From assembly GCF_009914755.1 (NCBI RefSeq), contig NC_060933.1: a stretch of 64,000 bases of DNA. One strand, written 5' to 3'. The DNA comes from the human T2T-CHM13v2.0 reference genome, Homo sapiens. A program made the translations under genes and the position numbers. Shown here one piece after another: positions 31,193-42,304 of this stretch (its first letter is position 1; every line of letters begins with the position of its first letter). The notes under the pieces are model-generated. The model ran no database searches. It was given only the letters and a program-made list of their open reading frames with translations, and was not told where the DNA came from.

Positions 31193-32103
31193 TTTTTTTT
31201 TTTTTTTTTTTTACTGTTATTTTAAGTTCAGGAGTACACGTGCAGGATGTGCAAACTTGTTACATAGGTAAATGTGTGTCATGGGGGTTGGTTGTACAGA
31301 TTATTTCATCGCCCGTGTATTAAGCCTAGTATCCATTAGTTATTTTTCCTAGTTCCCTCCCTCCTCCCACCCTTTATCCTCCAATAGACCTCAGTGTGTG
31401 TTATTCCCCTCTATGTGTCTGTGTGTTCTCATTATTTAGCTCCCACTTATAAGTGAGAACATGAAGTATTTCATTTTCTGTTTCTGTGTTAGTTTGCTAA
31501 GGGTAATAGCCTCTATCTCCATCCATGTCCCTGCAAAGGACATAATCTCATTTTTATGGCTGCATAGTATTCCATGGTGTATATGTACTACCATATTTTC
31601 TTTATCCAGTCTATCACAGTTGGGCATTTAGGTTGATTCCATGTCTTTGCTATTGTGAATAGTGCAGCAATGAACATATGTGTGCATGTGTCTTTATAAT
31701 GGAATGATTTATATTCCTTTGGGTATATACCCAGTAATGGCATTGCTGGGTTAAATGGTAGTTCTCTAGGTCTTTGAGGAATTGCCACACTGTCTTCCAC
31801 AATGGTTGAACTAATTTACACTCCCCCCAACAGCATAAAAGTATTCCTTTTACTCTACAACCTTGACAGCATCTGTTTTTTTTTTTTTTTTTTTTTTGAC
31901 TTTAGTAGTAGCCATTCTGACTGGTGTGAGATGGTATCTCATTGTGGTTTTGATTTGCATTTCTCTAATGATCAGTGATATTGAGCTTTTTCTCATGTGA
32001 TTGTTGGCTGCATGTGTGTCTTCTTTTGAGAAGTGTCTGTTGATATCCTTTGCCCACGTTTTAATGGGGTTTGATTTTTTTCTTTTAATTTTTTTTTTAA
32101 GTT
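31193..32103 (-). mobile_element. 5'-truncated L1PA13-like element inserted in a MIR
   Basis: Poly-T, 3'UTR gtcatgggggttggttgtacagattatttcatc, ORF2 C-terminal remnants; TSD ctggaggcaggattt (31181) / ctggagggcaggattt (32104). Confidence 0.88.
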
Positions 32104-32194
32104 CTGGAGGCAGGATTTGTGCCCCAGTGTCATGCTCCATGTTACCACATTATACCAGAGGCATTGATGGTGCGGAGCCTTTGGGGAAACATCT

Positions 32195-32653
32195 TGAGGT
32201 GGGCTGAATAATGGCCCCCTAAGGATGTATGTTCTAATCCCCGCAGCCTCTGAATGTATTACCTTACATGGTAAAGGGGATTTAGGAGTCGTGATTAATT
32301 TAAGGCTTTTGAGGTAGGTAGATTATCCTAGATTATGGGGAGGGGCCTCATGTACTCACAAGGGTCCTTATAAGAGTGGGGCAGGAGGGTCAGAGTAATG
32401 AGAGTAAGAGAAGGCCATGTGATAACAAGTAGGGGGTCAGAGTGATGTGGAACTATGAGCTGAGACATTCAGGCAGCCTCTGAAAGCTGAAAAAAGACAA
32501 GGAAGAAATGCTGTCCCAGCTGGCCCATTTTGGACTTCTAACCTCCAGGGCCATAAGATAATAAATTTGTGTTGTTTTAAGCTGCTACATGGTGATTTAT
32601 TACAAGTATTTATTTTGGGTAACATGTTACAGCAGTCATAGGAAACAAATTCA
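32195..32653 (+). mobile_element. MLT1D-like LTR
   Basis: gggctgaataatggcccc..ttaccttacatggtaaagggga..aatttgtgttgttttaagc..ttacagcagtcataggaaac. Confidence 0.8.
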
Positions 32654-34299
32654 CAGCTGATGTAACCTGGTGATGTTCACACTCTGCCCTTGGTATGAAG
32701 ATGCTAGCACAAGGTCCCAAATCTACTGCTTCAAATGCTTCACAGACCTTACTCTGGAGAGAAATACCCTGTTGATTTTGAGGCTTCCCAAATTTGCCTG
32801 CTGCTTTATTTATCAGTACATAAATACATGCCATTTCAGAAAGTAGATGCCATTCCCCAGCACATTCACAGCAATCAAAATAGCAAACAGACTGAAAATT
32901 GCCATAATAGCACTTATTCTTGTCCTCACTTTGACTTATAAAATAACATGCTCAGATTTGTAAAAATCTCTGCTTTTCTTTGCTTCCTCCCTTCTTTCTG
33001 GATCTTTCTTTTTCCTCTTCACTAAGAAATTAAGCCCCTTAGCAGGTTTATTCAGTGACAATACTGTGAACATCATTTTTTTGTTTACCATAGAGCATGA
33101 TTTTTTCCCTTTTAATTATTGTGATACATGTGTTTGGTTAGAAACAAATATAACTTTGAAAGTGGCAAACATAAACATGAGGAATACAGCTATAAATTAA
33201 TTTTTCCTCTAATTTAGGGGTAAAATGGTTGGACCCTATTTGAGTATATCACAATTATACAGTAGAGAAAATAGGATTGGTTTAAGCTTAAAAAGAAGAA
33301 AATTAATATATCTGGACATTATTATACATCTACTGTTTTATGTATGCTATCATGTTACTTCTCACAAACTGGAAATACTAGGTTTTATGCCCATGTTTTG
33401 GATGATGAAACTCAGAAAGTAAAATAACTTGTACAAGACCTCACAGTGCCAAAAAGAAAAGCCACATATTCACAGATGCCTCGATTACTGAAAACCCCAT
33501 CAAGAGCTGGTTTCTGTCCTATGCCACCTCCAAGATAAAGAGTCTTTTCCTCACTGACCATCACCGGGTAATTTTCTGAGCGCTCCCTGACACTTGGGAG
33601 CAGGTGGGGCCTTTAGAACCATGGATCCTTCTTCTTCTGCTTCTTCTATTCACGCCATTTTCCTCCTAGTTGGAAGTTATATGTCTGCCTTCCCCATCAC
33701 TCTGCCATTTCAATATTTTCTCTTGTCCTTTAAGTTGTGGAAGGTGGCCTTGCCCATGGACTCAAACTCCTGCCTTCATTCTGTGACCTTGTGGACATGT
33801 CATGTTTGGTAGAGTTAAACATTTTGTGGAGAAGGCCTTTGTGGTATTACCAGGGCAGACCTTGGCCATCCACATTATGGTACACCCAAAAATATGGTGG
33901 TCTCTCATCCGTCGGTGAAGTCGGATTGTTCCCCTTGGTATTCCTTGATATTCACTTGAAACATTGGTGCCCATTACAAATATATCTGGTAAGGATGATA
34001 CTTTTATAATGCCACCAGATTTTGGTGCATACAAAAAGGCAGAGTATAAATTTGGTTAAGCAAGTATTGGGGGAGAGAAGAAGAGAAATAGTGAGATGAG
34101 GAGCAGGCATAACAGGGGGTTTTAGTAGGAAAAAGAAAAGCTTCATGATTTCATGTTTAGCAAAGTTAGTTAAGACTAAGTACACTTGGAAGTGCAGCAA
34201 ATACACAGTTCCACTGACAAGCATGGGGTTATATTTTCCACTGCCCTATGCCTGTATAGACCTCAATATTGCCTAAAACCAAAATGCAGTCCTGAAGAC

Positions 34300-34745
34300 A
34301 GGAGAAAGAACACATGGCAGACAAGTCAAGTAGGCTCTTGCCTGACCCATGGACCACTTTATCCAGGCTCTCTTGAACTCATCTCACTGGGTTTAGCCAG
34401 TGAAAGGCACCAGTGGGAGGACAGAGAAGTTGAGGCATTTATTTCCCGCTCCCTTCCTGTTCCATGCTGTGGTTTTGGTGATGTTTCTGTTCTTCAGTTA
34501 ATATAGATATTAGTCCCACCCCCACAGATCTATCTCTCACTGGGCTTCAGTAACACTGTTTCTTTCCTTTTTCCCTTCACGTATAGAAAAAGTAATGACT
34601 TTCCATGATTGCTAATCTCTGGGTGCCTCAGCTTCCCTTGTTGGTCACCTTAACTTGCTGACTGTTAATGCAAATAGCCCTCCATTAAAATTTCTTTAGC
34701 TGAAGCTCTATAATTCTGCTTCTTGCTGATACCCTGACTGAAGCA
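34300..34745 (+). mobile_element. LTR33-like ERVL LTR
   Basis: cagtaacactg..ctgggtgcctcagcttcccttgttgg..aaatagccctccattaaa..ccctgactga. Confidence 0.6.
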
Positions 34746-37683
34746 CAAGTAATTCTTTTTCTCAAAAAACTACCCAGAATCTTCTGAAGAGTTTCCCAGC
34801 AACCACGATTGTTTCATTTTTCGGTTTTGTCCCAGCTTTAGAGCTAGTGATGTTTTTATACATTTTTCCTTAACCAATCTTGTTTGCTTATTTTCCTTAG
34901 TTTCTTTTTTGCTCATTTTTTTGTTGTAAATGAAAAAATAACTTCACCTGTTCCACAGGAAAAACATAAGGCAAAATAGAACTTTGTTAAAAATGACATG
35001 ATTTTGTTCCCCTGGAGGGTTAAATCAGTGACACCCCTGGAAATTATCTGTGCCTATTCATAGCCCTGTTGTATACAACTCTCTTGCCGTAGGGCAAAAT
35101 TTCTGTGACAGGACTTTTCCTTGCCATATAACATCAGGGTCACAGTGGAGTTCCACTGTGCTTGTTTTAGGTCCTACAATGTCATTTTTATGGCTTCGCA
35201 ATACCCATGTCCCTAAATGTCCCAGACATCTTTAGAGAGTTTAACATAGCCATCAGCAATAAAGTGTTGTAAAGACTTGGACTCTTACCTCAACCAGGCA
35301 AAAGCTTGATTAGAAAGATCTTGTGCTAGCTCTGAAGGTCCGTATTTATGGCACTATATTATTTATAAATAATGTGAGAATTATGATAGCAATAAAAGCT
35401 GGCATTCCAAAGAATGGGCATATTAGTGATGGCTAAATTATGGTGACATTGAGATCATAGGTCACATCTGAAGTTTCATTGCAAACCAGTGGAAAATTAC
35501 CACCAACTTGACTGCAAAGCTACAGGAAAATCTTGAAAGACATAAAGAGCAGTGGGAAATTCCTAAGCACAGGAGAAACGAGGAGGACTAGGCTGATCCA
35601 AGGAGCAGGGAACATCTTATCTACAGACTTGAATAAGTCAGAGGCCTTTCTTAAACCCAACTGGCGACTTTTCTGCCTCTTTCTTCTCTGAAGCTGAGTA
35701 AAGTTCTGCTCTAGTCAGAATTCCAGAATCTCAAATAAAAATATACAATGGAAGAAACGCCTGGAAGAGAATGAGATTGGATACCCTATGTTAAATCCTG
35801 CCAAAAGAGAAATACTGGGTTAAATTGGACCACAGCCCATAAACTCCTTCTCCTCTCTTGTACAAGATCAGACAGCCCTATGATGCCCTGTTCATACCAT
35901 GGCATGGCCAAGGCTCAGACAGGTTTATAGGACTGATACAGGAAATTCTCTCTATTCTTGAAGGAGCGCTTTAGAAGCACAGAATTATTAGAACACTCTC
36001 AGGCACTATCCTTGTGAAGATGTGGTCCACTTAATTGCAGGAGAACACAGTCTAATTACAGACCTATCAGTTTTTAAAGAAACACTCACTTGGAAAGATT
36101 CTATTTTACATAATGCCTCTACTTCACTCTTTCTTTGATTTACATGCCTCAAAACCCGGGATCAGTTTTCACTAAAAAAAGAAACAAAACAAAACAAAAA
36201 AACACACAAAAAAAACTGTATAAGCGGGTGCTTATTACTCTAGGAATCATACCAGTTTTAAAAGTTCAATGAAACTTTAAACTGATTCTGACATTTCCGA
36301 GATGAAAAAGAGCTCAGAAAGTGATTTTTATAACCAGTCTCCTAATTTTACTGTTTCTGGCCATGGGCAAGAAATTGATTTAGTTAAGAAACATCATTCT
36401 TGTGGCATCTGTAATCTAAGAACCACCAGGAGGGTCTCACTCTGCTGGAAGATCTCCTGCCCAAAGAGCATCAGAGACGCAAGTGAACATCTGAGAAGCA
36501 AAATGAAGTAAAATAAACCTCCAGTCCTTTGATAGACAGTTCATCTCTTTATTTTATTTCCCCTATGTTTTGGCTTTCTGAATAGTTATCCTCTTTTCTT
36601 GGGGTTCATTACACAGGGTGTAAAATTTTTGTAAATATTTTTTCTTCTCTAAGAAAAATCCTTTCTTCTAACAGGTCTGTTAAAGTTCTTAAGCAACTTT
36701 CAAACTACTAATTATGTAGAGATTGTACTGAGGAGGAGGTAGACTCAAGTCAAGGATGAGTACCGTGTAATCTAGAGAGCATAAATAATAATCTACTTTG
36801 TGCAGAATAGTTTGCAAAATGAGCAACCATTTCTTGGCTCTGTGTGCCTGGGGAAAGAATAAGAAACCAAATGTTTGTTTTGATTCATTCATCTCTGTTG
36901 AGAGTTGTCATATATATTCTTCTAATCTTTTCATTATGGAAATAAAATAATCTTCAATATTATATGTCTTCCTCTCTTGACTTTCTGCATTCTTAGGGGC
37001 AGAGTCAGGCTGCTCCACCTTGGACTTTGCAGGACAGCATGGTGGAGAAGCAGAAGCAAAGCTTCTAGACTTGGTTGGCTGAAAGAAAGTCATACCCTTT
37101 ATTTCTATAATCTATATTCTAATATTATTTGTAGGTTGTTCTACACAGTTTTGCACTACGGAAATACAGAAAGCTCTGGTTTTTCAGGTTCAGGATGTAA
37201 GGTTTCATTGTTTGATTATTCACTGTGTACCTTCTTGTGGTTTCAAGTTAATTCACTCTTAAATTAATAGTAGATTGGAAAGTACTAAGGAAAGGTATTT
37301 AAAAATTCGCATTTAATTGAGACTTTTCCCCCAGTGGAATATGAAGAACTCCAAGGCTCTGCAAAGAGGAAGCTGGCATCTATCTTAAGTACAGACCAAA
37401 TTTTTATGGATCTGCTGGTCTTAATAAATCTAAATAGTCTATCCCATCTCGCTCAAATAGGAGGGGTATAACAAATGCTGTATTACTATTCTATGGTGAC
37501 ATTTAATTTATCACAAACATATAGATTGTTTCCTCAACCACTTCATATGTTTATTAGCCACATGGGCCATATCTGTGAATATTTTTGTCTCCACTCCAGT
37601 GTGTGCACATATGCTTACATAGGCAGAACTCACACAAACTGCTGAAGCCAAATTATAGTTCATTTTATTAATTCAAGAAATGC

Positions 37684-38082
37684 ATCATCAGTCAAGATAG
37701 GCTAGGATATGCTGCAGCAACAAATGATAGCAGCTTAGAATAACAAAGGCATATTTCTTTCTCTTGCTGCATGCCCATTTTGGAGGTCATCTGGAACTCC
37801 CCTTCATTTGATCTTCACCCTGAATTCAGGTTAATGGAGCAGTCTCAATAAGAAATACTGCTTGTATTATGGCAGAGGAAAATGAGAGATACTGAACCAT
37901 GTGTAGGATTTTAAAGCTTCTGCTTTGAAGGAACATGCAGCATTTTTTGTCACATTTCATTGGTCAGAGAAAGTCATACGGCAACTCTAGAGTTTAACAG
38001 GGTAGGGTTGTATAATCCTCCTGCAGAGAGGGGCACTGAAATAAAAGAAAATACTAAGTAAACTCTAATATAATCTTTCACA
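37684..38082 (-). mobile_element. Old MaLR LTR (MLT1J/L-like)
   Basis: gataggctaggatatgctgcagcaacaaa...cacatttcattggtcagagaaagtcat. Confidence 0.6.
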
Positions 38083-40367
38083 AGAGACATAGAATTGGAA
38101 GGGAGATGTACTGGGCAAGTACTAAGGCTGTATATAGCCTCCTAACCTGAGGCCAGGGGCATAGCAGCCATTATTCACTACTTTCCTGTCTCTCCTAACC
38201 TTGAGTGTGATTAAATTAATTGGTTAAGGAAAGCTGGGATGTATTTCATGTGATTAATGCCTTGGAAAACAATTGCAGTAGATTGCATTGATTCATTTCA
38301 TTTTACATACTTGAAATTAGAGGCTTATGAAGTCTACATGCAAATTTATGCAAAGTGGGATGCAAATTCATATTGTGAACCATGAGTCCTGGCATTCCCC
38401 CCTCCCTTTAGAAAAAGAACTGCACCACTGAATATGCATGTGCACATATGGTGCTGCTCGTTTCAAATAGCAACTCAAAGCTGGCAGCCAAATAAATCCC
38501 AGTGACATCGACTGAGCAACAAACAAAAGTTTAAACTCATTTACAAACAAAAATTTAGCACTAAAGCATCAATATTTTCAGGGTCACCGTCTTCATTCTA
38601 GACTTGAGTTAACACAAGTGCACTGTCCCCCGGACTCCAAGCTCTGTTATGGACAAGGCTGAGGTACACTGTTGAACAAAGGAGGTACTGGCAGAACCCA
38701 CCCTGGAATTTCATTCTCTTTATTACTTGCTCCTGGTGATCACTTGGCTGACTAGATCAAATAAATCTTCATTGTCACGAGCCAATGCCCATGTGTGCTG
38801 ACATATTTCTCCCTCATTTGTACCCATCAGTGGGGGATTCTGGTTCCAAGATTCAGATGTAGAGTGATTATTAGGATGGTCTCAAATACAGGAACAAATT
38901 TTGCACCTGAATGCTTGCAAGTCAGGCATAGGGAAAAAATTAACCACTTGTAGGAATACCAATTAGAAGCAATAATATCTTGATTGGCCTGCAGGTACTC
39001 AGATGATTCACTGAGCTCATTTTGCTCTTATGAGACCCCAATTTTGCACTGATACTAAATGCATGTAAAATATTTTTGGTGAATGTTTATAAACAGATAT
39101 GGAGTGCAGTCTCATGAGAGTTTTTCTAAGTTGATGCTAATTAATTTAGCATTTAGTCATTTATTCATTTATTAAATATTTTTTGATTACCCTCAAAGTA
39201 CTGAGTAGACATCTGGGGGTACAAAGATGAATGAAATGTATCCCTTACCCTTCAGGAGAACCAAACCACAGAGTAAACCAAAGTTTTTCTCACTGTCTCC
39301 TGATGACTCTTACAAGTAAGTGCTTATGAATCACATTGAGGGAATACACCAGGTGGAAAGAGGAAGCAATGAGATAGTCTGTTGCGATGGTTGTAGAACA
39401 ACCCTTCATTACTGCAACTGCTTTGATAAAAATCTACTCAGGAAACTATTTTTCGGCCATGGCTTAAGTTTCAAATAACAGTACAACAAAATTTTAGTAC
39501 AACAAATATGTTTCAAATGTCCCCTGGAGTTTGCCTTAATGGCACTTCATGAATTTTTAAAAATATGCCTAGTGGTTTGTGTAGATTTTACTTATAAAAC
39601 TTTCCTGGAGCAAAGGGAAAAGGAAATATAGATACCTCGTTGGAGCCGTAAAACGGCCAGAGGGTTAAAGGACCTGTATCTATTTCTACCTTTGGACTGT
39701 CACCTTCAGACAATCAAAATTGGCATGTCAGTGACAATATGCCAGGGATCCCCACAGATATCAAGGCAGGAAAGTCAAGTCGCCATAGAAGCTAGAAGGC
39801 AGTCTAATGAAAGCAACAATCCAATCATCAAAAGATGGCCATTATTCAGGAAAACGGTAATAATAATGGCCATAATTCAAGAAAACAGTAATAATAAATA
39901 CAACAAGGTCATATTTACCAAATATTAAAGTATTCAGTAAGTACTGGAATAAGAGTGTTTAACCATTGCATCAACTCAACTCATTATACCCATTTTATAG
40001 ATAAGGACACTGAGATTCAGGCAGGTATATAAAGGAGCCAGACTGGCATTCAGTTTGACTCCAGAGCCGCCTCCTTTCCCCAGGTGTTAAATCTCTGCCT
40101 GAAGAGAGTCTCTGTCCTTCAGCTAAGACCCAGGGTGGCTGTCAGAGTGGGAAGGTCTGCATCAGTTTGACCTCAGAGAACAAACCGCTTGTAGAAGGCT
40201 GTTCATGTCAGGCATGTTCAATGAGCACAGCTGATCCAACTCAAGGGCCTAAGAAGCCTCTTCCTCTTTTATTCCTTTGACTAGAAAAAACCTTGGAAGC
40301 AGTGGAATGAAAGGGATCCCTTATGACTCCCAACATGTTAGCATTTTTCAAGTTTGTGGATACTACA

Positions 40368-40827
40368 TAAAGTGGGTTGAATTGTTCAAGTCCTAACTTT
40401 GGTACCTGTGAATATGACCTTATTTGGAAATAGAGATTTGCTGATATAATTAATTAGGGTGTGGTCATAGTGGATTAGGGTGGGGCCTAAATTCAATGGT
40501 GTCTTTATAGGAGAGAGGAAAAGGAAATTGGATACAGGGACACTGATTCGAAGGGAAGAAGGCCATGTGGAGATGGAGTCAGAAAATGGAGTGATGCAAG
40601 CTCCAACTAAGGAATGCCAAGGACTGCTGACAACACCCAGCTGGGAGAGAGCAGACCCTTCTCCAGAATGCTTGGAGGGAACATGGCTCTGCTGACACTT
40701 AGATTAGGAACTGCTACCCTCAGAACTGTAAAAGAATACATTTCTAATGTTTTAAGACAGAACTTTTGCCCACCACTCACTAGCCACTTGGTGATCCTTT
40801 CTTATGGCAGCCTGGAAGATTAAAACA
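40368..40827 (+). mobile_element. MLT1B/C-like LTR
   Basis: gtacctgtgaatatgaccttatttggaaatag..gattagggtggggcctaaa..cagaactgt..ttatggcagcc. Confidence 0.78.
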
Positions 40828-40982
40828 CCACATGTCTTGTCTCTCACTTTTACAACTGTTTTTTTTTGTCTTGCTTTGTTTTGTTTTTGTTTTTGTTTGT
40901 TTTAGTGTGGCTACCACCCTAACTCAGGCCTTTGTCTCCATCATTAGAATTCTTGTAGTGGGCTTTTCTCTGGTCTGGTTAT

Positions 40983-41362
40983 TGTTAGATTAAGTTTAGC
41001 CTAAAGCTGCCTCCTTACATAAAGGATTCAGCCTCACATAGAATAGTGAACTGTAACGTAATAATAAATGGATGTGTAAACAGACTATAACCTACTCTTG
41101 TACCAATCACAGATTTCTGGCTAATCACAGCCAGCCAGCTGTTTAAACCATGTTTGAATAAGGCAAACACCAAGCTCTAGCCAATACAGTTGTTTCTGGG
41201 CCTCACTTTCCTCCTCCTGTCCCTAAACATGATCTGACCATGCGGCAGCTCTGGAGTCATCTTGAACTTCTTCTGGATCCTGGGGCAGCCTGATTCATGA
41301 ATTGTTCTTTGCTCGATTAATCTCTGTTAAATTTAATTTGTCTAAAAGTTTTTCTTTTAACA
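40983..41362 (+). mobile_element. MER57-like ERV1 solo LTR
   Basis: tgttagattaagtttagcctaaagctgcctcc...aagtttttcttttaaca; perfect 4-bp TSD ttat (40979-40982 and 41363-41366). Confidence 0.85.
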
Positions 41363-41395
41363 TTATCAAAGGATTCTTCCCTTTTGCAGGGCCTC

Positions 41396-42304
41396 TGTGA
41401 TGGTTAATTTTAGGTGTCCACTTGACTGGATTTGGATTAAGGAATATCCAGACAGCTGGTAAGGCATAATTTCTGGGTGTGTCTGTGAGGATGTTTCCAG
41501 AAGAAACTGGTGTTTGAATCAGTGAAATGAGTAAGAAAGACCTTTCTTCACCCAATATAAGCCGGCATCACTATTAGGCTGAGGGCCTGGATAAAGCAAG
41601 AAGACAGAGGAAAGGTGAATTTGCTCTCTCTTCTGGACCTGAGACCTCCATCTTCTCTTGCCCTGGGATGTCAGCACTCCAGGTTCTCCAGCTTTCAGAC
41701 TCTAGGACTTGCACCAGCAGCCTCCCAGTTTTTTATGCTTTTGGCCTCTGACTAAGAGTTCCATCATCAGCTCCCTTGGTTCTCAGGCCTTCAGACTTGG
41801 ACTCAGCCATGCTACCAGCTTCCTTGATTCTCCAGCTTGCAGATGGAAATAGTGGGATTTCTTAGCCTCTATAATTGTATGAATCTATTTCTCTAGTAAA
41901 TCCTCTCTCATCTGTCTATATATACAGTTGTCCCTCGGTATCCATGGGGGTTGGTTTCAGGACCTCCAGTGGACACCAAAATCCATGGGTGCTCTAGTAC
42001 CTTATAGAAAATGGTGTAGAATTTGCATATAACCTATGTACATGGTCCTGTATACTTTAAATTATCTCTACCTTATTTATAATACCTAATACAATGTAAA
42101 TGTCATATAAATAGTTGCTATAATGTATTGTTTATGGAATAATGGCAAGAAAAAAGTAGTTCAATACAGGCACAACCATCCTTTTGTTTAAAAATTTTTT
42201 TGATTCATAGCTGGTTGATCCATGGATGCAGGACTTAAGGACATAGAGGGCCAGCTGTGTATATCCTATTGGCTGTGTTTCTCTGGAGAACCCTGACTAA
42301 TACA
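41396..42304 (+). mobile_element. MLT2B-like ERVL LTR carrying a nested MER2
   Basis: tgtgatggttaattttaggtgtc...ctctggagaaccctgactaataca; TSD gcctc / gcatc. Confidence 0.85.
41925..42257 (+). mobile_element. MER2 (TcMar-Tigger MITE)
   Basis: cagttgtccctcggtatcc...gagggccagctg, inserted in a TA run of the LTR. Confidence 0.85.

Noticed and set aside
33900-34000. RPS4-like words (LPDIFVMG..IPRG.IRL) in the minus-strand ORF
   Set aside because: Short match with little nucleotide similarity, and no poly(A) or TSD.
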